From assembly GCA_965218425.1 (NCBI GenBank), contig OZ244621.1, positions 672,001 to 736,000 on the forward strand: a stretch of 64,000 nucleotides of DNA, in the 5' to 3' direction. The stretch is from an uncultured Candidatus Binatia bacterium. GTDB taxonomy: Bacteria > Desulfobacterota > Binatia > UBA9968 > CAXXLF01. The translations under genes and the position numbers were made by a program. The notes beneath the pieces were generated by a model. That model saw nothing but the letters and a program-made list of their open reading frames with translations. It had not been told where the DNA came from and did no database searches. Shown in pieces: positions 39,403 through 50,651 of this stretch. Numbering within the stretch: position 1 is the stretch's first letter; the number at the start of each line of letters is the position of its first letter.

Positions 39403-40677
39403 TTATGCTTTCATCGGAACTTCAGCTTTTCGCGTGTGGTCTTTCCAATTCACCGTGGAGGGAATGACCTCCGAGATCACCACTAGATGCGGGAACTTGT
39501 TAAGCTTGGGATCTCGAACCACGTGAGTTGGATCTTTTCCCTCTTGAACCTCTTTCATGGCCTGCAGGATCTGTTTACGGGTCGCCACAATGGCCTTATC
39601 CGAGGAAACCACGTGTTCCTGAGTCCGGTTTTGGATCGGACCCTGGCTCTGCGTCGCATAGGCATCATGACTGGGAAAATGATGACCCAAACCAGTGTAG
39701 GTCTTTGTCTTGAGCTCTTCGCGATCCTGCATATAGCGGTTACCTTGATTGCGGATCAACTTGTAATCCGGAGTTCTGTGGGACCCCTCTCTCCCCAACA
39801 GTTGATCGCTCACCGGTTTTTCCCTGCTGAAGGAGAACACGTACTTCCAGTGATGGGTGTCGTCAATCGGCACATGCCAGTTGACTGAATAACCTGCCCC
39901 TCCGGTGGGTCCTGGAAAGGCGCTGAGGTTAGGAAGGATAAAATTCGACACCCTGAGATAGTTCTTGTCAGATCCGCTCCTCCTAAGAGTAGAAATCCTC
40001 ACCCCGAAGTCCGTGAACTCCACCTCTATGTTCGGAGCCAGGTCTTTGCCGTAAAGGGTGTTGATGGAAGAGGCGGTGCCACGAACCTGCCTGTTCCGGT
40101 CACGCTCCGTTTGCTCCAGATTGCGATGCAGGAAGGACAGGTGCACCGGGTCGATATTCCCCTCGTTGGACTGCAAGTAGTTACATTCGTGAAAGTACTT
40201 TGTGACCACCGAATAACCAGCCGGAGCGTTCAAGAACTCATAGGCCGGCAGCAGGGGGCTTTCGCCGGGGCCCAAATACGCGAATATGACCCCCGCAGCC
40301 TCCTGACACGGGTAGGCGGGGTGGCGCACTGAGTCACGGTGCTCACCCCCTCTGGATTCCCCAGGCTGATCCAGGCAGCGGCCATGAATGTCGTACAGCC
40401 AACCATGGTAGATGCACCTCAAACCGCCATCTTCCACGCGGCCATAGCTCAGGTCCGCTCCCCTGTGGGAACAATGTATCCCTAGCAGCCCGGGACGTCC
40501 CCGATCGTCCCTAAACAGGATAAGATCCTCGCCCAACAGCCTTACCGGCAACGGCGCCCCCCCAGGTGGGAGTTCCTCCGAGAGGGCCGCGGGTTGCCAG
40601 TACCGTCGCATCAGCTCACCACATGGTGTGCCAGGCATGGTCCTCGTCAGCAGATCATTGTCCTCTTGGCTAATCAT
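39403..40677 (-). CDS. Rieske oxygenase alpha subunit (phthalate 4,5-dioxygenase-like)
   Basis: CSH-x16-CIYH Rieske site, EGNIDPVH-SFLH, D--ATQSQG. Confidence 0.9.
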   Translation of the reverse strand: MISQEDNDLLTRTMPGTPCGELMRRYWQPAALSEELPPGGAPLPVRLLGEDLILFRDDRGRPGLLGIHCSHRGADLSYGRVEDGGLRCIYHGWLYDIHGRCLDQPGESRGGEHRDSVRHPAYPCQEAAGVIFAYLGPGESPLLPAYEFLNAPAGYSVVTKYFHECNYLQSNEGNIDPVHLSFLHRNLEQTERDRNRQVRGTASSINTLYGKDLAPNIEVEFTDFGVRISTLRRSGSDKNYLRVSNFILPNLSAFPGPTGGAGYSVNWHVPIDDTHHWKYVFSFSREKPVSDQLLGREGSHRTPDYKLIRNQGNRYMQDREELKTKTYTGLGHHFPSHDAYATQSQGPIQNRTQEHVVSSDKAIVATRKQILQAMKEVQEGKDPTHVVRDPKLNKFPHLVVISEVIPSTVNWKDHTRKAEVPMKA

Positions 40678-41262
40678 AGTTCCCTCACTTGATTTTGGTT
40701 TCGAAAGCACAAATAGCACACAGTATTAGAGTGTCAATCAAAACAATTAGGTGGCCTGCCCCAGCGGAGGGCACTCCAAGGACAAAAGATGCACTGATAG
40801 CGAACAAAAGAGCACAGGATTCAAAGTCACGGGCCGAATGAAAATTCCAGGTTGTCCTGGAACTCTTCCATTTTGCCTGATGTTAGGTTCGAATAGGGAA
40901 AGGACAAGCGCAACGTTCCTCAGCAAGAGTCATCACTAGTTAAGGGAAAAAAATTCTCAAAATTAGACGCGTCAGAGAAATCCAAAGTAAGCAGTAGGCA
41001 AACCTGAATTAAGAAGACCCAGGCGGAGGGGGTAATTTCATATTGTTTGCTGTCTTGTAATCCTTAGTCCGAATTGCTGCCAGCTGGTTTTGCTTTGTGC
41101 TTTGCGTCTTCGCTTTCGTCTTGACCCTGCGGCCCTTCCTTATTAAAAGGGAAAGGCAGTCAAAATGAGGACATTCGAGCCCCCGATGGCTTGCCTGCCC
41201 ATATCGGTCTCAAGCAGATCGAGATGGAAATTTCCTTATCATCAAGGGAAGGAGATACGGTT

Positions 41263-42210
41263 ATGATTCTGATCACAGGCGGTCTGGGTTTTATCGGCCT
41301 CCACACCGCCAGGCGATTCCTGGACGTAGGAGAGAAGGTGGTGCTCACGCAATTCCGGGTGCGTCGAGAGCCTGACTTCATCAAAGACGAGATCGGCAAG
41401 CGTGTGTTCATCGAGAGGTTGGACGTCACCAGCGCTCACGATGTCATCGACGTGGTCAGGAAGCACCAAGTAACAGGCGTCGTGCACCTGGCTGTCCCCG
41501 CCCTGGCGGCGTTGTCCGCAGCAGAGGATTATCGGGTTAACGTGATGGGATTCCTGAACATCCTGGAGGCGGCTAGGGTATCAGATGTCAAACGCGTGAC
41601 GTGGGGTAGCTCAATTTCCGTTTATGGTGGTATCCCTGAGGGCCCCTTCCACGAAGACACCCTCCTACCCGTTGAGTCCCGCAATCCCACGGAGACATTT
41701 AAGAAGGCACTGGAGATCCTGGGGGCACACTATGCCAATCGCACGGGACTCGATGTAGTGGCTATGCGAATCGGCGGTCCCTTTGGTCCGCTCTACCATA
41801 CGCTGGCCGCGGCCACGAGCCGGATCTGTCATGCAGCGGTCAAAGGTACCCCGGCGGATTTCAAAGGTACCCGCACCGGCGTGCCCCACGAGAATGATGA
41901 GGTGGGCGCGTTCTATGTCAAGGACTGTGCCACGGGAATCCAGCTTCTTCAGATGGCCGATAAGCTACCACACCGCACTTACAACATCAGCGGCGACGGT
42001 CCACATACCTACCGTGAGTTTACGGAGGCGGTCAAGAAAGTAGTTCCTGGCGCCCAAGTGGAACTCGAGCCCGGACTGGGCCCTCGGCAAAGGACCAACG
42101 CCTACATGGAAATCAACCGGATGAGAGAAGATGTGGGCTTTAAACCCGATTACGACCTGGAGCGGGGAGTTGCGGACTACATCGGGTGGCTACGAAAAAA
42201 TCCAGTCTAA
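41263..42210 (+). CDS. NAD-dependent epimerase/dehydratase
   Basis: GGAG SD; TGGLGFIG, HLA. The catalytic YxxxK reads TETFK (no Tyr). Confidence 0.85.
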   Translation: MILITGGLGFIGLHTARRFLDVGEKVVLTQFRVRREPDFIKDEIGKRVFIERLDVTSAHDVIDVVRKHQVTGVVHLAVPALAALSAAEDYRVNVMGFLNILEAARVSDVKRVTWGSSISVYGGIPEGPFHEDTLLPVESRNPTETFKKALEILGAHYANRTGLDVVAMRIGGPFGPLYHTLAAATSRICHAAVKGTPADFKGTRTGVPHENDEVGAFYVKDCATGIQLLQMADKLPHRTYNISGDGPHTYREFTEAVKKVVPGAQVELEPGLGPRQRTNAYMEINRMREDVGFKPDYDLERGVADYIGWLRKNPV

Positions 42211-42363
42211 CCTAGACCAGTGTATGCCGTCGGCTGCAAAAGTTCTGAGAGGCCCGATTACCCGCACCACATATCGTTTCGCGCACAGGAGTAGGGAGGA
42301 ATATTCCCAAATCCCTTAACGGCTATGCCATGAGGCCGCAAGAACAAGCCCGCGGCACGGGGT

Positions 42364-42630
42364 TTACCCGGAAACAGGAAGGAAGGTTTTTCTGAGGCTA
42401 TAAATGGCGTCGTTTGCGTTGCGCAAATGACCGCTTAGTTTTCTGATGACATTCAGCATAATCTTTGTGCCGAGAGTCGGGTATTCCTGAATGAGCTTCA
42501 CGATTTCTTTTTCACCCCAAGCCAAGACTCTTGTATTCTGATCTCCCGCAGCGACGGCCGAGGCGGATCTTGGTTGTCCATCAACGCGGACATCTCTCCA
42601 AACAGCTCACCATCTTTCACTTTCCCTAAG
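42364..42630 (-). pseudogene. Frameshifted cyclic-nucleotide-binding domain fragment
   Basis: GELFGEMS in one frame and DGQPRSASAVA in another; no 5' end. Confidence 0.7.
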
Positions 42631-42741
42631 CAGGCAGATGCGCGATAGCACTTTGGTATCCACCGGTCTCCCTCCTTGTGAACTCTAAACTCGCCGAGTC
42701 ACGCCCTGCACCCTTTTAGTGTCTCAGTTTGTGGTAATTTT

Positions 42742-43335
42742 TCAAAATGGGTGTGCCCGGGCCGCACCAAGGGTTAGAGGCAGCCACTGCCAGTGAGCCG
42801 CTTTGAGTCTCCGACTGAATACAAGCCAAATCAGTGCGGCGGGAATAAACAGCACGATCATGTATTTTGAACAGAACCCGAGCCCCAGGAAGCAACCGAA
42901 AGCACCGTACCATCGAGGGTCCCCGCTTTCCATTGCCTTGAGCATGGCTAGCAGGGACAGGGACCAGAAAAACATCAGGGGGGTGTCCGGCGTTGCGATC
43001 AGCGAACCCATGCCGAAAAACGGAGAGGTCAGGCTAAGGCACAACCACCAGAAAAGCTGTCGCTCACTCATGATGGGTCGCAGGATTTTAAGCCAAATTA
43101 AAAAAGTCCCATGGCCCAGAATGACCGAGGGCCAACGAACGGTGTGAAAAAGCGGCTCCAGTGGGGTGCCGAGTAAAAACAGCCAGGCCACGAACGGTGG
43201 ATGATTCAGGTAACTGAGTTGAAGGTGCCTAGTCCAAACCCAGTAGTAGACCTCGTCGTCGTAGAGAGGGATAAAGGCGGTGAGAAGTAGCTTGATCACC
43301 AGCGCGACAAGCCATATTTTGAGTAGAATGTTCAC
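42742..43335 (-). pseudogene. GT39/ArnT-like glycosyltransferase, N-terminal part only
   Basis: DEVYYW-W, YLNHPP, TPDTP, SKY; ends at 197 aa. Confidence 0.7.
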
Positions 43336-43365
43336 AGACTAGGATGGGGTCTAGGATTGTTTAAT

Positions 43366-45036
43366 TCATGAGCCGCGCAGCACAAAGTAGCGGTAGCGAC
43401 CCGCTACAAGCTCATGGATAATCCGAGCGCGCCAGTTTGCCTTTTCTTTGCCGTAGATCTTGGCGGCGGTTCTTTGGTGCAAAAGTACTACGGATTTGGG
43501 ATGCTCACGCAGAAATCGTTCGATCTCCTCTTTGTTGTTCAACAGCCTGACCAGGGCACCGGTGTGAAACCCAAATGCCCCCATCTTGGAGAATCCCCGT
43601 GCTGGAAAGGCTAGACCAAACTGCTTTTCAGAGCCGATTTGCTCCCGAATCCATCGCCCCGCGGGGGCGTAGGTCTTGGCTGGATTGATGGTTGGCATAA
43701 CCCAGGTGAAGCCGACGAAGTAGATGGGAAAAAAGGCAACGGCCATGCGATAAAAGGCTCCCGGTAAGTCTCCGCGACGCCACGCACCCAACACCCATAT
43801 CCCCCCGGATAGACTTATCACGCCCAGGGCGAGGCTCGGGAGCCGCATACTCAGAGCGATGTTTTTATACAGGGGGTCCAGATCCAGTCGGGCCATAACG
43901 GGTCCTGTACCCACAAAGCTAATGAAACAGACCACTCCCCCCGAGATGAGCAGTACGGTATAAAACGCCACCAACACACGCGCCGGACGGGAGTCTCTCA
44001 AACCGACGTCAGCCCCCACTTCGATGGTAGTCCTAATCCACGGCGCCATCAGAAGTGCAATGGCAGGATATGCGGGCAGCAGGTACATCTGCCGCTTGGT
44101 TACCGCGATGGACAGAAACACGAAGAAGGCGGCGAACCACCAAATCACGAGCTGGGTGTGGCGGTCCTGCCACAACCTATTTCGATAAATCCGCCATAGT
44201 GCAAAGGGTAAGAGGGGCGTCCAGGGTGCAAGATCGTAACCAATCGCAACGAAATAATAGTAGAACGGCCTTTCGTGCATACGTGCACCGCTGAGAAAAC
44301 GACCGAAGTTTTGAGCCCACAGCTCATAAAGCATGTTGTCCGAGCCCATCTCCTTCGCGCAAGCTACGAACCAGGGTACATAAATGGCCAGGCTGATGAG
44401 GGACAGAGGGGCAAGCTCCAGAAGCGGCCGCCATTCACGCCGCGCCCCGTGCCAGAGAGTGAGCACAAGGCCTGGCAATAACAACCCCAAGGGTCCCTTT
44501 GTCAATAGAGCCAAGCCCAACAGGGCAAACCCAGCCGCCCTGGGCCACCAGCGTATTCCATCGCCAACACCGCCAGCGTAGACGAGCAGTCCGGTGCCAA
44601 TAAAGAAGCTGAACAGCATGTCGGTGCGGTAGCCAACGGCCTGCAGTGCGAACTGGGAGAAGGTTAAGAGGAGAAAACCGGCCCAAAGCCCTGTTTTCCC
44701 ATCGTACCAACGGGACCCCACGGCACAGGTTACAAGCACAAGGCAAATGGCAGCTAGCGCGGAAGGCAACCGTAGAGTGAACTGATTCATACCACCCAGC
44801 ACGGTGGATGAGATGCTGCCCGCCCAGTATATGAGCGGCGGATAGTCCACCCATATGACTCCCATGCGCCTTGGCGCAATCCAGTCACCGCTCACAAACA
44901 TGGCCTGGGCCACCTCGGCGATGTTAGGCTCATCGGGGTACCACAGATCAAACAAACCGATGCATCCGACGTACAGAGCAGCGCCAAGGAGACCAAGCAG
45001 GAGCAGCCGGTACTGAATTAGAAAGCTTGGCATCAC
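43366..45036 (-). CDS. ArnT-like (GT39/GT83) membrane glycosyltransferase
   Basis: PDEP, GDWI-P, PPL-YW, RLPSA, TKGP, PFYYY, KRQMYLLP. Confidence 0.88.
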   Translation of the reverse strand: MMPSFLIQYRLLLLGLLGAALYVGCIGLFDLWYPDEPNIAEVAQAMFVSGDWIAPRRMGVIWVDYPPLIYWAGSISSTVLGGMNQFTLRLPSALAAICLVLVTCAVGSRWYDGKTGLWAGFLLLTFSQFALQAVGYRTDMLFSFFIGTGLLVYAGGVGDGIRWWPRAAGFALLGLALLTKGPLGLLLPGLVLTLWHGARREWRPLLELAPLSLISLAIYVPWFVACAKEMGSDNMLYELWAQNFGRFLSGARMHERPFYYYFVAIGYDLAPWTPLLPFALWRIYRNRLWQDRHTQLVIWWFAAFFVFLSIAVTKRQMYLLPAYPAIALLMAPWIRTTIEVGADVGLRDSRPARVLVAFYTVLLISGGVVCFISFVGTGPVMARLDLDPLYKNIALSMRLPSLALGVISLSGGIWVLGAWRRGDLPGAFYRMAVAFFPIYFVGFTWVMPTINPAKTYAPAGRWIREQIGSEKQFGLAFPARGFSKMGAFGFHTGALVRLLNNKEEIERFLREHPKSVVLLHQRTAAKIYGKEKANWRARIIHELVAGRYRYFVLRGS

Positions 45037-45188
45037 TCTAAGATATTTCCCAAATGGATAAAGGGCAAACCAAAATCAATGAAGGACTATGGACGGCCTT
45101 CACGTGCAAGAGACCTTAAGTGACACTACCGTTGGGTTGACATAACTCCCACGTTGGCGAATACTGTTTACACCCGACGAGGACAAAC

Positions 45189-46535
45189 ATGAGCTATAAC
45201 GCTTGGTTTCAATGTATCAACGGCTGTCCCGGACAGTTCAGCTTGCTCGAGAGCATCTACCGCTGCCCCTCCTGCAACAACCTCCTAGAGGTGCAGCACG
45301 ATATGGAAGCACTCAAGACGAGGGCTCCTTCCGCATGGATGAGGCTCTTCGACGATCGCTTACATCAAAACGAGTATCCCTACGGTTCAGGAGTTTGGGC
45401 CAAGAAGGAATGGGTGGTCCCCTTCATCGATAACGAGAACATCGTATCCACCTATGAAGGGAACAGCAACCTGTTTTGGGCAAACCGATACGGCAAGCAG
45501 ATCCACGTGGAGGACCTTTGGGTCAAGCAATGCGGCAACTCGCATACCGCATCCTTCAAAGACCTGGGCATGACGGTGCTAGTCTCCGTGGTCAAGCAAA
45601 TGATCGCCAATGGCTCACCCATCGATGTGGCGGCTTGCGCCTCCACAGGAGACACTTCGGCGGCGCTGGCTGCCTATTGCGCCGCAGCAGGGATACCCGC
45701 AGTGGTATTGCTTCCACGCGACAAGGTGTCACCCGCCCAACTGGTACAACCGCTGGCCAACGGCGCCCTCGTGTTATCCCTGGACACGGATTTCGACGGC
45801 TGCATGGCCGTGGTGCAGAAGATCACCGCTGACCCGCGTGTCTATCTGGCAAATTCCATGAACAGCCTGCGAATCGAAGGTCAGAAGACCGTGGCCATCG
45901 AGATCGTGCAACAGTTTGATTGGGAAGTGCCCGACTGGATCGTCATCCCCGGCGGCAACCTCGGAAACGTGAGCGCCCTGGGTAACGGATTTCTCATGCT
46001 CCACGATCTCGGTCTGGTTTCCAAGCTGCCGCGCATCTGCGTTGCACAGTCTCAAAACGCAAACCCCCTCTATCGCTCGTTCCTGAAGGGCTTTGAAAGC
46101 TTCAAACCCATGACGGCGAAGATGACCCTTGCCAGTGCCATACAAATCGGGAACCCCGTCAGCTATCAACGCGCCATTCGAACCCTGCAACGATTCAACG
46201 GCGTGGTGGAGCAGGCCTCGGAACAGGAGCTTGTGGATGAGTCCGCGCGCGCGGACCGCACGGGCATGTTCAATTGTCCTCACACAGGGGTTGCTTTGGC
46301 GGCACTTCGAAAGCTCGTGGACCGAAAGATCATCCGATCCCATGAACGAGTGGTGGTGATCTCCACCGCTCACGGGCTCAAGTTCGCCGATCAGAAGATC
46401 GCCTATCATCAAAGCAGTCTAGAGGGCATACGCTCGAGTCATGGCAACAAGCCCGTGGATATGAAACCCGATGTAAAGCCTGTGACAGACGCCATTCAGC
46501 GGCATGTGGAGAGGGTGCGACTCCTTGAAGGGTAA
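45189..46535 (+). CDS. thrC: Threonine synthase (plant-type subfamily)
   Basis: SFKDLGM (PLP lysine), [26 protein letters not shown]. Confidence 0.92.
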   Translation: MSYNAWFQCINGCPGQFSLLESIYRCPSCNNLLEVQHDMEALKTRAPSAWMRLFDDRLHQNEYPYGSGVWAKKEWVVPFIDNENIVSTYEGNSNLFWANRYGKQIHVEDLWVKQCGNSHTASFKDLGMTVLVSVVKQMIANGSPIDVAACASTGDTSAALAAYCAAAGIPAVVLLPRDKVSPAQLVQPLANGALVLSLDTDFDGCMAVVQKITADPRVYLANSMNSLRIEGQKTVAIEIVQQFDWEVPDWIVIPGGNLGNVSALGNGFLMLHDLGLVSKLPRICVAQSQNANPLYRSFLKGFESFKPMTAKMTLASAIQIGNPVSYQRAIRTLQRFNGVVEQASEQELVDESARADRTGMFNCPHTGVALAALRKLVDRKIIRSHERVVVISTAHGLKFADQKIAYHQSSLEGIRSSHGNKPVDMKPDVKPVTDAIQRHVERVRLLEG

Positions 46536-47830
46536 TGAAAGACCGAAAGACCGAAAATAGCGGTACGCCGTCGCCAACCCATGGAACCGAGGGTACCAGG
46601 AAAACTCCCAAGGACGAACCTGGAACCGCCAGTGGATCACCCGCGCAGGCGTGCAAGGAAAAGAGAGGGATCAGTACCCTTGCCGTGCATGCCGGTGAGC
46701 CACACCCAAAGCCAGGGAACGCTCTTGCCACACCCATTATCCAAACCGCCACCTACACCTTCGCCGACACTGAGGAGCTCAGCGCTCATTTTGAACGACG
46801 CATCGAACGTGAAGAATACGGCCGCTACGGAAATCCGACTCAGCGCACCGCCGAGCGAAAGTTAGCGATTCTCGATGGCGCCGAGGATTGCCTTCTATTT
46901 GCGAGTGGAATGGCCGCCATCACAACAACCCTCTTCGCCGTGCTTTCGCGGGGCTCCCATGTGGTGGTGACGGATGATTCTTACCGTCGCACCCGTCAGT
47001 TCTTGACCCAGATCCTGCAGCGCTACGGCATCGAAGTGTCTACCGCACCCGCGGGCGACTATGTGGCCATGGAGGATGCGATCCGTCCCACGACCCGGGT
47101 CCTCCTGAGCGAGTCCCCAACAAACCCCTACAACTATGTTCTCGACATGGAACGGTTTTCCGAAATTGGCAAGAGGCATCGGGTAAAGACCATCATCGAT
47201 GCCACTTTCGCGACTCCTTTTAACCAGCGCCCCCTAGAGTTCGGCATTGATCTGGTGTTCCATTCTGCGACTAAATATTTGGGTGGACACAATGACCTGT
47301 TGGCTGGAGCGGTTCTGGGATCCGAAGCCATTATCGATGGGATCCGGTCCCTACAAGCCGTCACTGGGGCCGTGGTGGATCCCTTCGCCGCCTACCTCCT
47401 GGTTCGCGGCCTCAAGACCTTTGCGCTACGGGTGGAGCGGCAAAACGCCAATGCTCAGGCCCTTGCAGAGTTTCTGGCCAAGCACCCTCGCATAAATGCA
47501 GTTCATTACCCCGGTTTACCCAGCCACCCCCAGCACGAGGTGGCCAAACGGCAGATGAAAGGTTTCGGTGGGGTGGTTTCCTTCGAGGTAAAAGGAGACC
47601 AAAAAGCCACCTCCCGCATCGTGGACTCGTGTCGCATTCCTCAAATTGCTCCCTCCCTGGGCGGCGTTGAGAGTCTGATCGAACAGCCCGCCTTAATGAG
47701 CTTCTATGAGTTCACCACCGAAGAACGCCTTTTGGTGGGGATCAGGGACAACCTGATCCGATACTCGGTGGGCATCGAAGATGTGGAAGATCTCATCGCC
47801 GATCTCGCCAACGCCCTCGACCAACGGTAA
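46535..47830 (+). CDS. metB: Cystathionine gamma-synthase (plant-type)
   Basis: YGRYGNPT, SGM, ESPTNP, HSATKYLGGH, IAPSLGGVES; start overlaps the thrC stop. Confidence 0.8.
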   Translation: MKDRKTENSGTPSPTHGTEGTRKTPKDEPGTASGSPAQACKEKRGISTLAVHAGEPHPKPGNALATPIIQTATYTFADTEELSAHFERRIEREEYGRYGNPTQRTAERKLAILDGAEDCLLFASGMAAITTTLFAVLSRGSHVVVTDDSYRRTRQFLTQILQRYGIEVSTAPAGDYVAMEDAIRPTTRVLLSESPTNPYNYVLDMERFSEIGKRHRVKTIIDATFATPFNQRPLEFGIDLVFHSATKYLGGHNDLLAGAVLGSEAIIDGIRSLQAVTGAVVDPFAAYLLVRGLKTFALRVERQNANAQALAEFLAKHPRINAVHYPGLPSHPQHEVAKRQMKGFGGVVSFEVKGDQKATSRIVDSCRIPQIAPSLGGVESLIEQPALMSFYEFTTEERLLVGIRDNLIRYSVGIEDVEDLIADLANALDQR

Positions 47831-47955
47831 CTCACTCACGACGAGACCCGATCCATCCTAATCTCGTGTTGACATCAACAAACCTTATCGAATAGTGTCT
47901 CTCTGACCAATCCTTAGAATTAGATTTCTATATATCCGCAAGGGGAGGAAGTCCT

Positions 47956-49002
47956 ATGCCCACCATAGATGCTGATGCCCATGTTATCGAGACAGACCAC
48001 ACCTGGGATTTTATGGACGAAGCCGAGGTCAAGTACCGGCCTGTTAATTTAGCCACTACCGATCAGGGTTCCAACCGGCTTTACTGGATCATCGATGGTA
48101 AGCTCAAGCTCCGTCGTTCCAATATCGGCTTGGATACCACGGAAACCTCCCGGGAGATGCTCGATGTGGAGGCGCGCCTGAAGCATATGGACCAGCTGGG
48201 CGTGGACATTCAAGTGCTCTACCCCACAATCTTTACGCGCAAGATGGCGGACAACCCTGCGGCGGACCTGGCTTTGGCCAAGAGCTACAACCGGTGGATG
48301 GCTGAAATTTGGAGTCAGGCGAAAGAGCGACTGCGCTGGGTGGCTGTTCCACCCTTGCTGGACCTGTCCAAGGCCCCTGAGGCGTTAGAGTTCGCCAAGG
48401 AGAACGGGGCTTGTGGGGTCTTCATGCGCGGTTTTGAAGGAGACCGTCACCTTTCCGACCCTTATTTCTTTCCTTTGTACGCCTTGGCAAGCAATCTAGA
48501 CATGCCCATCTGTATTCACGCCGGCAACGCTAATCCGGAGGTGGTCAACTTCCTTGGAGTAGGCGAATCGCGCGGGAGCTTTTTAATTTCAAAAATTCCC
48601 GTTATGGGGAGCTTCCATAGCTTGGTCTTTGGCCAGGTACCTTCAAAGTTTCCCGGGCTCAGGTTCGCCTTTGTTGAAGCCAGTTCCCAGTGGGTACCAT
48701 ATGTTTTGCATGACGTGGTCCGGCGCACTGCGCACCGCGCGGGGAAACACCTACAAGGGAAAATGACAGATCAGGTTCTACGGGAAAACAGGCTTTACGT
48801 TGCCTGCCAGACGGACGACGATATCCCTTACGTCCTCAGTTATGCAGGGGAGGACAACCTGATCATGGGGACTGACTACGGTCATGCCGACACGGCAGCG
48901 GAGCTTGAAGCCATTTCCACCTTCAGAAAAACATGCCCAGTGGATCGTCGCATTGTGGACAAGATCCTCGACCACAACGCCGCCGCGCTCTACGGGCTAT
49001 AA
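47956..49002 (+). CDS. Amidohydrolase family 2 protein
   Basis: DADAH, MDQLGVD, YNRW, GTDYGH. Confidence 0.85.
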   Translation: MPTIDADAHVIETDHTWDFMDEAEVKYRPVNLATTDQGSNRLYWIIDGKLKLRRSNIGLDTTETSREMLDVEARLKHMDQLGVDIQVLYPTIFTRKMADNPAADLALAKSYNRWMAEIWSQAKERLRWVAVPPLLDLSKAPEALEFAKENGACGVFMRGFEGDRHLSDPYFFPLYALASNLDMPICIHAGNANPEVVNFLGVGESRGSFLISKIPVMGSFHSLVFGQVPSKFPGLRFAFVEASSQWVPYVLHDVVRRTAHRAGKHLQGKMTDQVLRENRLYVACQTDDDIPYVLSYAGEDNLIMGTDYGHADTAAELEAISTFRKTCPVDRRIVDKILDHNAAALYGL

Positions 49003-49199
49003 TTCTCTATGTTGGAGCTTTATCATAATTATACGTTTGTTGTGGGGCCAAGGTACGCTCCGCCCTGGAGGAAAAAGGCACGGAGTCATGGCCCCAGGTA
49101 AAAACCATCCTGCAATAAAATTAACGGCTCCACTCTTACCCGATAGAATATTAAACAGAACGACTGCAATAAAGTTTTTCGCCCCAAGATACCCCGGAT

Positions 49200-49380
49200 T
49201 AAAATCCGAAATCCCAAGCTCGAAATTTCAAACAAACCAAAACGTTCAAATCTAAAAATCAAAATCCAAAACAAACTTGTTTAGAATTTCATGTTTCTCG
49301 GTCATTTGGAATTGTTTCGAATTTCGGATTTCGAAATTGTAATTTTAATTATACTTGGCGTCCTTTGCGCCTTTGCGCGG
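49200..49380. repeat. AT-rich imperfect inverted heptamer repeat plus a 9-mer arm, between convergent genes
   Basis: AAATCCGAAAT...TCGAAAT versus TTTCGAATTTCGGATTTCG, then CTTGGCGTCCTTTGCGCCTTTGCG. Confidence 0.65.
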
Positions 49381-49445
49381 GTCACCTCTTGCCCAACTGT
49401 GTAATCCAAATTTCATTCGCACATTGGAAACACCTTTGGCTACGG

Positions 49446-50414
49446 TCATGCCGATTTAACTCCTCCTGTAAGGCCTCGCTTTGTGCGCTTCACGGATTTC
49501 CGCTGGCTCGGTTTTTTGCCCGAGAAACCTCTGCGCAACAGACCCCTTTCAGTAAAGGACTTGATGATTTCCACCAGCGGCTCTGCTCGTGCCTCTGACC
49601 CCGCGCCCTCGCCGGGTTTGAGCGCAGCTATCCCCTTCAACACCTTTTCCACGCCTGGCACCACCATGGGATTTAACCCGTAATGATGGTAGGTCTCACG
49701 GAGCTCCACCATTTCCTCGGCCCTACGTCCTGCGTGCAATGGTAAGGAGAGCATTGACTGGCCAACTTTACTGGCGATGCCGGGGTAGCTCCTTTCATAG
49801 TCCTGCAGGGTTTCACTCAACAAGCCAAGTTTTTCCGCACCCACCAGCAGCTCGGTGAAAAGACCAGCCAGTCCCTTGCTCAAACCCGCATGGAGCACTT
49901 TGAATGCCGAGGCCTGTGTGGACTCCGTCCCAAGGACCTTGACCCGTAGCCCCAATTCGTTCAGCGGAAGGAGGCTGCTAGCGTGATCCCCTGAAACATA
50001 AACCACTGTACCCTGGTCGATCTTCGCGGCGCCACCGAGGATGCAGCCGTCAACGAACCTGGCGTCGGCACGGGTCAGTAGCCGGCCTATCTCCGCCGCC
50101 GTCATAGGCGAGATGGCATTGGCATCCACATAGAGAAGATCACTTCGCCCGCTTTTCGTAAGGGCCCGGGCCACACCCTGTGCAACCGGCCTTGCCGCGA
50201 AGGGCACCACAATTGAAACAATAAGATCAGCGCGGGAAACCAGTCCCTCCAGCGATGAGACCTGTTCCACGCCGACACTTTCAGCACGCTTTCGTGTTGC
50301 TTCACTTCTGTCGCCCGTATAGGTCAAGACTTTTACCCTGTGAGCGCCCAAGGTACGGGCCCAGTGGTAGCCCATCTCTCCAATGCTGAGAATTCCAATC
50401 TGATTGAACGCCAT
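49446..50414 (-). CDS. NAD(P)-dependent oxidoreductase (6PGDH/HIBADH-like, DUF1932)
   Basis: SIGEMG, DANAISP, VDGCI-G, HAGRRAEEM. Confidence 0.8.
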   Translation of the reverse strand: MAFNQIGILSIGEMGYHWARTLGAHRVKVLTYTGDRSEATRKRAESVGVEQVSSLEGLVSRADLIVSIVVPFAARPVAQGVARALTKSGRSDLLYVDANAISPMTAAEIGRLLTRADARFVDGCILGGAAKIDQGTVVYVSGDHASSLLPLNELGLRVKVLGTESTQASAFKVLHAGLSKGLAGLFTELLVGAEKLGLLSETLQDYERSYPGIASKVGQSMLSLPLHAGRRAEEMVELRETYHHYGLNPMVVPGVEKVLKGIAALKPGEGAGSEARAEPLVEIIKSFTERGLLRRGFSGKKPSQRKSVKRTKRGLTGGVKSA

Positions 50415-50651
50415 AGTTACCTCATTTCTCTTGGTTCGCATTCTTCGTGAAACGTCTTCTTAACTGCCTCATTGATCAATACCCGGCTAGAGATGGACGA
50501 GTCAAGATGAACTGAGCGGTGGTTGAGGAAGGCAGTACTTGACCGGAAGATTCAGGTGAAATAAATAGGTCGGGCATTTTACAGTTCAAGAATAGAAGTT
50601 AGGGACCTGGAAGAGCGGTGAGCTAATGGGCGAAAAAAATGTCGACACTTA

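Noticed and set aside
45040..45188. SAM riboswitch or Thr attenuator before thrC
   Set aside because: The leader is short, with no aptamer consensus or Thr-rich peptide.
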